From assembly GCA_035503075.1 (NCBI GenBank), contig DATJTT010000019.1:11929-75928 (forward strand): a stretch of DNA of 64,000 bases, given 5' to 3'. The translations under genes were made by a program, and so were the position numbers. Below are positions 56,353 through 64,000 of the stretch, one piece after another (within the stretch, counting starts at the first letter, position 1; every line of letters begins with the position of its first letter). Source of the DNA: Solirubrobacteraceae bacterium (GTDB lineage Bacteria > Actinomycetota > Thermoleophilia > Solirubrobacterales > Solirubrobacteraceae). The notes under the pieces are model-generated. The model worked only from the letters and a program-made list of their open reading frames with translations. It was not told the origin of the DNA and did no database searches.

Positions 56353-57795
56353 CTAGAGCAGCAGCGCCTTGACCTGCAGGAACTCCTCTAGGCCATAGCG
56401 GCCGAGCTCACGCCCGTAACCGGACTGCTTGTAGCCGCCGAATGGCGCCAGCGGGTTGAACGCTCCGCCGTTGATCTCGACCTGGCCCGTGCGGATGCGC
56501 CTGGCGACGCGCTTTGCGCGCTCGGCGTCCGCCGACCACACGCCGCCGGCGAGGCCGTAGAGCGAGTCGTTGGCGATCCGCACCGCGTCCTCTTCGTCCT
56601 CGTAGGGCATCAGCACGAGCACGGGGCCGAAGATCTCCTCCCTGGCGATCGTCATCTCGGGGGTGACCTCGGAGAACACGGTGGGAGCGACGAAGTAGCC
56701 GCGCTCGAGGCCGGCGGGCGCCTCGGCGCTGCCGGTGAGCAGCTTGGCGCCCTCGTCGAGGCCCTTGGCGATGTAGTCGCGAACGATCTTGCGCTGGCTC
56801 TCGGAGACGAGCGGCCCGAGCGTCGTGGAGGGCTCGAACGGGTCGCCGGGCTTGAAGTAGCCGGCGACCGCGGTCGCGATCTGCTCGGCCTCGGCCAGGC
56901 GCGCGCGCGGCACGAGCATGCGCGTGAGCGCGCTGCACGTCTGCCCGGAGTTCAGGAAGCACTTGGCGACGCCGTCCTTGATCGCCTGCTGGAGGTCGGC
57001 GTCGTCGAGGAGCACGTTCGCGGACTTGCCGCCGAGCTCGAGCGCGACCTTCTTGATCGTGCCGGCAGCCGCTTCGGCGACGCGCCTGCCGGCAACGGTG
57101 GAGCCGGTGAACGAGACCATGTCGACGCCGGGGTGCAGCGCGAGCGCCTCGCCCACCACCGAGCCGCGGCCGGTGACGAGGTTGAAGACGCCGGCGGGGA
57201 GCCCGACCGCGTCGATCACCTCGGCGAGCAGCGCAGCGTTCAGCGGCGCCACCTGCGAGGGCTTGAGCACGACCGTGCAGCCGGCGGCGAGCGCCGGCGC
57301 GACCTTCGCGGCGATCTGGTGGAGCGGGTAGTTCCACGGGGTGATCGCGGCGACCACGCCGATCGGCTCGCGCACGATCAGCGAGCTGCCGATCTGCTCC
57401 TCCCAGGCGAACTCCTCGAGCAGCTTGGGCATCGAGTTAAAGGTGGTCGTCGGCAGCCCCGCCTGGATCATCGCGGAGAGCTTCAGCGGCATCCCCACCT
57501 CCTGGGCGATCAGCGCGGCGATCTCCTCCGCTCGCGCGCCGAGCGCCTGGCCGATCTTGGCCATCCAGTCGGCGCGCTCGGAAAGCGGCGTCGCCGACCA
57601 GCTCTCGAAGGCCGAGCGCGCTGCCGCGACGGCGGCGTCGACGTCCTGCGTGGTCGCGTCGGCGACCGAGCCGATGACCTGCTCAGTGGTGGAGTTGATC
57701 ACCTCGATCATGCCGTCGCCACCGGCCTTCACCCACTCGCCGCCGATATAGATCTTCTCCCAGACATGAACTGCTTGCTCGGTCGCGGTCGCCAT
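56353..57795 (-). CDS. NAD(P)-dependent aldehyde dehydrogenase
   Basis: ITPWNYP, FTGST, LELGGKS, GQTC catalytic Cys, EEIFGPV. Confidence 0.95.
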   Translation of the reverse strand: MATATEQAVHVWEKIYIGGEWVKAGGDGMIEVINSTTEQVIGSVADATTQDVDAAVAAARSAFESWSATPLSERADWMAKIGQALGARAEEIAALIAQEVGMPLKLSAMIQAGLPTTTFNSMPKLLEEFAWEEQIGSSLIVREPIGVVAAITPWNYPLHQIAAKVAPALAAGCTVVLKPSQVAPLNAALLAEVIDAVGLPAGVFNLVTGRGSVVGEALALHPGVDMVSFTGSTVAGRRVAEAAAGTIKKVALELGGKSANVLLDDADLQQAIKDGVAKCFLNSGQTCSALTRMLVPRARLAEAEQIATAVAGYFKPGDPFEPSTTLGPLVSESQRKIVRDYIAKGLDEGAKLLTGSAEAPAGLERGYFVAPTVFSEVTPEMTIAREEIFGPVLVLMPYEDEEDAVRIANDSLYGLAGGVWSADAERAKRVARRIRTGQVEINGGAFNPLAPFGGYKQSGYGRELGRYGLEEFLQVKALLL

Positions 57796-57910
57796 TTGGT
57801 CCTCTCCTGGAGTCGTTCGCTGTGCTGCACACAGTGTGACGGCTTTCAGGCTGCCGTGCGACGCGCCGCTCCGCGCAAACCGCTTTGCGCGACACCCACG
57901 TCGATATGGA

Positions 57911-59377
57911 TTAGTCCGCTGCGACTAGGACGGGCTGCGGCTCGGGAACGGTTCTGGTCACCGGGTCGGTGTTGTGCTCGTCTGCGCCGACGAGCGCGAA
58001 GATCACCGGGAGGGCGACCAGCGCGATCGCGCCGAGCACCCAGAATGCGTGCTGGAAGCCACCTGTGAGCGCCACGGGCAGCTTGTCGCCGGCGTGCAGC
58101 AGTACGTCGGTGTGGCTCGCCGCGACGCTCGAGGCGATCGCGATGCCGAGAGCGCCTCCGACCTGCTGGCTCGTGCTCAGGAGCCCGGACGCCAGCCCGG
58201 CCCGGTGTTCCTCGATGCCGGCGAGCGCGGCGATCGAGACCGGGATGAACGCGAACGCGGTCCCTGCGCCGGCGACGATGAACGGCCCGAGCAGGTTGCC
58301 GACGAAATGGCCGTGGACGGGTACTCGAGTCGCCCAGAGCACCCCCGCGCCGATCAGGGTCATCCCGACCGCCATTACCGGCTTGGGTCCGATGCGGGTA
58401 ACGAGCAGCTGGGAGACGCCGGCGAGCGCGAGCGACGTGAGGGACGCTGCCAGCCACGCGAGCCCGGCCTGCAGAGCGCTGAAGTGCAGCACCTGCTGCA
58501 TGTACAGGGTGCCGACGAATAGGAACGCGTAGAAGCTGCCGACGAGCAGCAGCGCTGCCGTGTTCGCGCCGGCGAGCGTGCGCAGCCGGAAGATCGAGAG
58601 CGGCAGGATCGGCCACTCGGCACTTTTCTCGATCGCGAGGAAGGAGACGAGCAGACCGACGGATCCCGCCAGGACCGCGATCGTCCGCGTGGCGCCCCAG
58701 CCGTACTGGGGTGCTTGGGAGATCGCGTCGACGAGCAGCACCAGTCCGCCCGTTCCGGTGATCGCACCGGCGGCGTCAAAGCGCCGGCGGACGGTGGTCA
58801 GGCGGCTCTCGGGGACGACCCGCGGCACCAGCGCGAGCGCGGCGGCCCCGATCGGGACGTTCAGGTAGAAGATGTACTGCCAGCCGGCGTAGCGGGTGAG
58901 GAGCCCGCCGGCGATCAGCCCGACGGTCGCGCCGGCCGCGGCGAGCCCGCCCCAGATCCCGAGTGCCTTGTTGCGCTCGGCGCCCTCCCGGAACATGTTC
59001 ATCACGATCGACAGGGCGGCGGGCAGCATGATCGCCGCACCGACTCCTTGGACGGCGCGGGTCGCGATCAGCAAGCCCGCGCTGGCCGCGAGCCCGCAGG
59101 CCAGCGACGCGGCCGTGAACAGGCCGAGCCCCACCATCAGGACGCGCCGGCGGCCGAGCAGATCGGCGGCGCGGCCACCCAACAGCAGCAGGCCACCGAA
59201 CGTGAGCGCGTACGCGGTCGCGACCCACTGCAGGTTGGTCTGGGTGAAATGCAGATCGCGGGCGATCGTCGGCAGCGAGACGTTGACGATCGTCAGGTCG
59301 ATGATCGTCATGAAGTACGCGACGGCCAGCAGCGCGAACGCGCGCCAGCGGTTGATGGGTGGTGCGGCGGGAGTCAT
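57911..59377 (-). CDS. DHA2 MFS efflux transporter
   Basis: [31 protein letters not shown]. Confidence 0.92.
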   Translation of the reverse strand: MTPAAPPINRWRAFALLAVAYFMTIIDLTIVNVSLPTIARDLHFTQTNLQWVATAYALTFGGLLLLGGRAADLLGRRRVLMVGLGLFTAASLACGLAASAGLLIATRAVQGVGAAIMLPAALSIVMNMFREGAERNKALGIWGGLAAAGATVGLIAGGLLTRYAGWQYIFYLNVPIGAAALALVPRVVPESRLTTVRRRFDAAGAITGTGGLVLLVDAISQAPQYGWGATRTIAVLAGSVGLLVSFLAIEKSAEWPILPLSIFRLRTLAGANTAALLLVGSFYAFLFVGTLYMQQVLHFSALQAGLAWLAASLTSLALAGVSQLLVTRIGPKPVMAVGMTLIGAGVLWATRVPVHGHFVGNLLGPFIVAGAGTAFAFIPVSIAALAGIEEHRAGLASGLLSTSQQVGGALGIAIASSVAASHTDVLLHAGDKLPVALTGGFQHAFWVLGAIALVALPVIFALVGADEHNTDPVTRTVPEPQPVLVAAD

Positions 59378-59426
59378 CCGCGAGCTCCTTAGTCGGTGGG
59401 TTGCCGTTACTTCCTCGTCGTCAATG

Positions 59427-59456
59427 GAGATACGAGGAGGAGCCGAAATCCATCGC
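59427..59456 (-). promoter_or_regulatory. bipartite ECF-type promoter motif, copy A
   Basis: Minus strand GCGATGGATT-N10-CTCGTATCTC, 50 bp upstream of the MFS start. Confidence 0.7.
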
Positions 59457-59602
59457 TCGCCCGAGCATCGCGCCGCCGAGCGCTTGGAGGCGAGCCCGTC
59501 CGCGCGCTACGCGCGCGCGGGAAGCCCGAACCGCTCGCGCGTCGCCGCCCTGCCCGTGAGCGGCTCCGGGCTTCAACGGCCCGAGCAAGCTCCGATGTTC
59601 GA

Positions 59603-60010
59603 TTAACGGCCCGGTCGTTCGGGCTCGAGCGTGCGCTTGATGACGCCCAACGCGTGCTCCATCAGAGGCGCCGCGCGACCGACGAGCTCGCTCGGGAGAA
59701 AATCGGCGATCCACACGAACCGGCTGCGGTCTGCTCCGTCCGCGAGCACCTGAGCCGATGCGTTGTGATGGGTGTAAGGCTCCTCGACGACCGACCACAC
59801 GAGCCGGCGCGCGTCATCGTCGAGGTCGACCAATCGCTCGCGCAGCACGTTGCCGTTGAAGAACGTGACGATCCGGTCCTCACCGTCCAGTCGGGCATCG
59901 GTCGCGAAACCGGGCACGAGCCGCACATGCAACCCTCCCCAGTCGCGCAGCGCGTCCCAGACTCGCTCCGCACTCGCGTCGATCGCGATCTCCTTGCGAA
60001 TCGAAGCCAT
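59603..60010 (-). CDS. SRPBCC (START/polyketide-cyclase-like) protein
   Basis: MASIRKEI.IDASAERVWDALRD, RIVTF..G..LRER. Confidence 0.88.
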   Translation of the reverse strand: MASIRKEIAIDASAERVWDALRDWGGLHVRLVPGFATDARLDGEDRIVTFFNGNVLRERLVDLDDDARRLVWSVVEEPYTHHNASAQVLADGADRSRFVWIADFLPSELVGRAAPLMEHALGVIKRTLEPERPGR

Positions 60011-60017
60011 CGCGAGA

Positions 60018-61028
60018 TTATGCCTGGCGAGGCAGCCCGAACGACTCGACCAGCGACGGCGTGCGGAAGTGGATGATCTCCTCGATTCGCTGCGCCTCGA
60101 GGGTGAGGACGGTTACGCCGTGTGGGGCGTAGACGCCGGAGCTGTCGAGCTCGTATGCGCCGACTGCCAGCTGACCGTTGGCTGCGACGGGCAGCATCCG
60201 CCAACTGCGCGCGCCGTCGAACACCGCGCTGCGCAGCACCATCTCGATCGCTTCGCGCCCGTGATACCAGCTCGGGATCGGGGGCATCGCGAGCGTCGCG
60301 GTGTCGGTGAGCATGCCGACGATCGTGTCGACGTCGTTGCGTGCCCAGGCTTCGACATAGCGTGCGACGATCGCTTTCAGCTGCTCGTCGCCAAGTGAGT
60401 GGAGCGTCGCCTGCTGGCTGCGGTCCGGCCGTCGCTCGTCCAGGGTCGCGTGCGCGCGCTGCAGGGCGCTGTAGACCGAGGCCGGCGTCGTCTCGAGCGC
60501 CTCGGCGACCTCCGCACCGGAGAAGCCGAGAACGTCGCGGAGGATGAGCACCGCCCGCTGCCGAGGCGGCAGCAGCTGGAGCGCGGCGATGAACGCGAGC
60601 TCGATGCTCTCTCGCTGCTCGTAGCGGGCTTCCGGGCCGGCGAGGCCGTCGTCGAGGCCGAGTTGCTCGTCGGGATACGGGTCCATCCACACGGACTCCA
60701 GCAGCGGCGCTCGGATCGGGGCGTGTGGATCGGAGGGTGGGCCATAGTCGAGCGGCAGCACACGCGCAGGCCTGCGCTCGATCGCGCGCAGGCAAACGTT
60801 CGTGGCGATCGAATACAGCCAGCTTCGCAGCGAGCTTCGCCCCTGAAACGACGACAGGCTCCGCCAGGCGCGCAGCAGCGTCTCCTGCACCGCGTCCTCG
60901 GCGTCCTGCAGGGAGCCGAGCATCCGGTAGCAGTGCGCGTGCAGCGCCCGCCGGTGCGGCCCCGCCAGCTCGGCGAACGCTGCGTGATCCCGTCCGATAG
61001 CTGCCTCGATGAGCTGGGAGTCGGTCAT
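60018..61028 (-). CDS. sigG: ECF sigma factor with C-terminal SnoaL-like domain (SigG-like)
   Basis: LHAHCYRMLGS.QDAEDAVQETLLRAWR, LPPRQRAVLILRDVLG, MPP.P.WY.GR, AANGQ. Confidence 0.85.
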   Translation of the reverse strand: MTDSQLIEAAIGRDHAAFAELAGPHRRALHAHCYRMLGSLQDAEDAVQETLLRAWRSLSSFQGRSSLRSWLYSIATNVCLRAIERRPARVLPLDYGPPSDPHAPIRAPLLESVWMDPYPDEQLGLDDGLAGPEARYEQRESIELAFIAALQLLPPRQRAVLILRDVLGFSGAEVAEALETTPASVYSALQRAHATLDERRPDRSQQATLHSLGDEQLKAIVARYVEAWARNDVDTIVGMLTDTATLAMPPIPSWYHGREAIEMVLRSAVFDGARSWRMLPVAANGQLAVGAYELDSSGVYAPHGVTVLTLEAQRIEEIIHFRTPSLVESFGLPRQA

Positions 61029-61432
61029 CCTGTCCCTCGTACGAGGGTACCCTTCGGCTGCCAGAGCGCGATCTCGCCGCCGTCGCTGCTGGCCAGCACG
61101 CTGCGCCATCCCGCCGGTCCCTCGCGGGGCGCGAGCAGCACCGCTGCTCCAAGCGCCCGCCCGCGCTCGGTCATCGCCTCGATCTCTGGCACCTCCACAT
61201 ACGGAAGCCAGATCGGCCGCCGCGCACCGCACTCGACGATCCCGCCATCGAGTGCGCCGCCAAGGGCCAGCGCGTGATAGGTGCCCGACCGACCGTGCAG
61301 TCGCTCTGTCCGCCAACCGAGCAGCTCGCGATAGAACGTGCTCGCGCCCGATAGGTCGTGAGTGTGCAGCTCGAGATGCACGAGCTCGCCTGCTCGCTTA
61401 TCGCGTGTGTCGCTGGGTTGAAAATCCGTCAT
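61025..61432 (-). CDS. VOC/glyoxalase family protein
   Basis: VHLELHT.DL..A..FY.ELLGW, WLPYVEV, GGEIALWQ; native start may be altered by the IS end. Confidence 0.8.
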   Translation of the reverse strand: MTDFQPSDTRDKRAGELVHLELHTHDLSGASTFYRELLGWRTERLHGRSGTYHALALGGALDGGIVECGARRPIWLPYVEVPEIEAMTERGRALGAAVLLAPREGPAGWRSVLASSDGGEIALWQPKGTLVRGTG

Positions 61433-61610
61433 GCGGGTTGGGGTTGGGGTTCGAGGGTGATGTTGTGGCCGAGCCGTTCGAGTTGGGTGATGAGCCGGCG
61501 GCGGTAGCGTTCGGTGTGCTCGGTTTGGCGGCGGATGAAGTACTCCTCGCCGAGGTCGTGGTAGGGGATGTCTTCGGTGAGCATGTGCCAGGCGGCGATG
61601 AGGATGGAAC
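61415..61610 (-). mobile_element. IS110-family transposase C-terminal remnant with presumed right end
   Basis: ILIAAWHML....PYHDLGEEYF.RR......RRLITQLERLGHNITLEP, typical IS110 C-terminus; catalytic part absent. Confidence 0.78.
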
Positions 61611-61660
61611 AACCATTTTCATCCGACCACGGTGGGCCGTCAAGCACGGGCCATATTTAC

Positions 61661-62239
61661 TCATCGGCGGACGACCTCATAGTTGACGAACGCGAGGTCC
61701 TCGCCGATGGTGCCCGCGTCGAGGAGCCGCAAGGGCGTCTTCTCGCTGATCTCGTCGAAGAGGCGATCGCCGCCTCCGAGCACCACCGGGAAGACCGTCA
61801 GCCGCAGCTCGTCGACCAGATCGTGGTTGATCAGCGTGCGCACGAGCTGACGGCTCGCGTAGACGACGATCTCCCCGTCCAGCTGCTGCTTCAGCTTGGA
61901 GATCTCGCTAACCACATCGCCACTGATGACCGTCGAGTTCTTCCAGTCTGGACCTGTGAGAGGGGTCGAGGACACGACGTACTTGGGCAGGTCTCTCAAC
62001 CTGTCCGCCCACTCGCCAGGACGGGATGGCCAGCGTGCGGCGAAATACTCATAGCTGCGCCGACCGAACAGCAGGGCCTCGGCACGCAGCGCCTCCTGGA
62101 ACGCGACCTTTCCCCACGCTTCGAGGTCGTTGCCGCCGAACTCGTCGAACCAGCCGCCGTGCCGGGAGCCCTCCTGACCGGTCGGGTCTTGGACCACTCC
62201 GTCGAGCGAGACGTTCTCACTGATGACGATCGTTCCCAT
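61661..62239 (-). CDS. dihydrofolate reductase / RibD C-terminal family protein
   Basis: SENVSLDGVVQ, LLFGRRSYE, PKYVVSS, LVDELRL.VFPVVLGGG..LF. Confidence 0.9.
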   Translation of the reverse strand: MGTIVISENVSLDGVVQDPTGQEGSRHGGWFDEFGGNDLEAWGKVAFQEALRAEALLFGRRSYEYFAARWPSRPGEWADRLRDLPKYVVSSTPLTGPDWKNSTVISGDVVSEISKLKQQLDGEIVVYASRQLVRTLINHDLVDELRLTVFPVVLGGGDRLFDEISEKTPLRLLDAGTIGEDLAFVNYEVVRR

Positions 62240-62283
62240 CTCCGTTCTCCTTACTTGTGTCTCCGGTTGGAGCGTTTCCCATT

Positions 62284-62313
62284 GAGATACGAGTGGGCGG
62301 CGAAATCCATCGC
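62284..62313 (-). promoter_or_regulatory. bipartite ECF-type promoter motif, copy B
   Basis: Minus strand GCGATGGATT-TCGCCGCCCA-CTCGTATCTC. Confidence 0.7.
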
Positions 62314-62360
62314 TCACCGCTAGCGCATCGGCAACGCGGACGCCAACTTTTTCGTGCGCA

Positions 62361-62390
62361 GCGATGGATTCGCGTGTCCGCTCGTATCTC
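62361..62390 (+). promoter_or_regulatory. bipartite ECF-type promoter motif, copy C
   Basis: Plus strand GCGATGGATT-CGCGTGTCCG-CTCGTATCTC. Confidence 0.7.
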
Positions 62391-62445
62391 TGTTCTCGAA
62401 AGGGCGATCCAGATCGTCGAACACACGAGCTCTAAGGAGCACCAC

Positions 62446-63171
62446 ATGACAATCGCTGAGAAGACAATCCTGGTGACCGGGGCCAACCGCGGCATCGGCG
62501 GGGCGCTGGTCGAGGAGGCGTTGGAGCGGGGCGCAAGCCGGGTGTATGCGGGGACGCGCCAGCCGATCGTGCACGCCGACCGGCGCGTCACGCCCGTGAT
62601 GCTGGACGTGACCGATCCTGAGCAGATCCGGGCGGCGGTCGAGCAGGTGCAGTCGCTGGACGTCCTCATCAACAACGCCGGCATCTCGCTGCCCGATGAT
62701 CTCAGCGACCGTGCCGCGTTCGAAGCCCACCTCGCCGTAAACCTGTACGGCACATATGGCGTAACCAACGCATTCGTGCCGCTGCTCAGCGAGGCTCGCG
62801 GCGCGCTCGTCAACGTCGTGTCGCTGGGGGCGTTCGCCGCGGTGCCCGTGCTTCCGGCCTACTCGGCCTCGAAGGCGGCCGAGTTCTCGCTGACGCAGTC
62901 GCTGCGCGCGCTCCTGGCGGGACGGGGCGTGAGCGTGCACGCGGTCATGCCCGGCCCTGTTGACACCGACATGGTGCGCTTCCTTGAGATCCCGAAGAGC
63001 CCTCCGCGGTCCGTCGCCGCCGCTATCTTCGACGGCGTGGAGAACGGGGAGGAGGAGATCTTCCCCGACCCCATGTCGGCGTCGATGGCCGGCGCCTGGC
63101 GCAATGGCTTCGCGAAGGCGTTCGAGCGCCAGAACGCGGCGCTGCTGGCGGCGGAGCCCGTCGCGGCATGA
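62446..63171 (+). CDS. short-chain dehydrogenase/reductase (SDR)
   Basis: TGANRGIG, INNAG, YSASK; AAGGAG upstream of ATG 62446. Confidence 0.92.
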   Translation: MTIAEKTILVTGANRGIGGALVEEALERGASRVYAGTRQPIVHADRRVTPVMLDVTDPEQIRAAVEQVQSLDVLINNAGISLPDDLSDRAAFEAHLAVNLYGTYGVTNAFVPLLSEARGALVNVVSLGAFAAVPVLPAYSASKAAEFSLTQSLRALLAGRGVSVHAVMPGPVDTDMVRFLEIPKSPPRSVAAAIFDGVENGEEEIFPDPMSASMAGAWRNGFAKAFERQNAALLAAEPVAA

Positions 63172-63176
63172 GAAAG

Positions 63177-63220
63177 GGCTCACGCCACCGGTCTGCCGCC
63201 TGAGATCGGTGGCGTGAGCC
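63177..63220 (+). terminator. 18-bp stem-loop after the SDR
   Basis: GGCTCACGCCACCGGTCT / AGATCGGTGGCGTGAGCC with one GU pair. Confidence 0.7.
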
Positions 63221-63260
63221 ACGGCAGGCTGCTCGCAAACGACGAGATAGGAGAGAAGCG

Positions 63261-64000
63261 ATGATCGCGCACACAACAGGAACGCGTCAGGAGTGGCTCG
63301 CCGCGAGCGCGGAGCTACTGGCGCGAGAGAAGGAGCACACGCGGCTGGGCGATGAGCTCGCACGGCGCCGGCGCGAGCTGCCGTGGGTTCGCTTCGAGAA
63401 GGAGTACCGGCTCGAGACCGAGGAGGGCCCGCGCACGCTGGCGGAGCTGTTCGACGGGCGCAGTCAGCTGCTCGTCTACCACTTCATGTTCGGCCCGAGC
63501 TATGAGAACGGCTGCCCGACGAACTCCTCGATCGCGGACGCCGTCGACGGGGTCATCGCGCATCTGAACGCGCGCGACGTGACACTCGTGTTCGTCTCGC
63601 AGGCGCCGCTCGAGCGGCTGCAGAGCTACAAGCGGCGCATGGGCTGGAGTCTGCCGTGGGCCTCCTCGGCCAACAGCGAGTTCAACCTCGACCTCGGGTT
63701 CTCCAGCAGCGCAGAGCAGGCGCGCGAGGCGATTGCGCCGATCCTCGCGTCGCTGCCGCCGATCGTCGAGCACAACGCGCGCGAAACCGGCACCGACGTG
63801 TTCGGCTATCTGACCGAGAGCCCCGGCTTCAGCGCGTTCGCCCTCGACGACGGCGTCGTCTACCACACCTATTCAAGCGGGGCTCGCGGGGTCGAGTTCC
63901 TGATGAGCTACTACGCGATCCTCGACCGTGCGCCGAACGGCCGCGACGAGGGCGACGCGTTCCAGGTCTGGCTGCGCAGACGCGACGAGTACAACAGCCG
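63261..64000 (+). CDS. DUF899 thioredoxin-like protein, truncated by window end
   Basis: EWL.A..ELL..EKE.TR, RRRELPWV, LF.GRSQLLVYHFMFGP; no stop before 64000. Confidence 0.88.
   Translation, partial: MIAHTTGTRQEWLAASAELLAREKEHTRLGDELARRRRELPWVRFEKEYRLETEEGPRTLAELFDGRSQLLVYHFMFGPSYENGCPTNSSIADAVDGVIAHLNARDVTLVFVSQAPLERLQSYKRRMGWSLPWASSANSEFNLDLGFSSSAEQAREAIAPILASLPPIVEHNARETGTDVFGYLTESPGFSAFALDDGVVYHTYSSGARGVEFLMSYYAILDRAPNGRDEGDAFQVWLRRRDEYNS

Overview
Very GC-rich bacterial chromosomal DNA. The protein repertoire is consistent with an actinomycete, probably Thermoleophilia/Solirubrobacterales; this is an inference, no search was run. The window holds about 63 intact CDS: hydrolases, SDRs, MFS pumps with TetR/MarR/HxlR regulators, a P450, a thiolase, an ALDH, two paralogous 12-repeat NHL surface proteins, and a DEAD-box helicase/desaturase pair. 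I saw no rRNA, tRNA, CRISPR array or intact mobile element. At least six gene remnants (AlkA, RCC1, dienelactone hydrolase, MmyB-like, RibD-C, IS110) indicate a high-turnover mosaic region. The standout locus is 47.7-54.1 kb. A c-di-GMP-I-type riboswitch, whose core is complementary to the downstream translation-initiation region, precedes a TasA-like secreted pilin candidate and a large Ig-repeat protein with the same N-terminal motif. These are followed by a GAF-EAL phosphodiesterase and a convergent PAS-GGDEF cyclase, which together suggest a self-contained c-di-GMP-controlled fibre/adhesion island. Other highlights are a split rifamycin-phosphotransferase-like dikinase with a stand-alone cNMP-binding protein, a CADD-like candidate self-sacrificing pABA synthase, and a three-copy bipartite promoter motif around a SigG-like sigma factor. 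All calls are from manual motif recognition.
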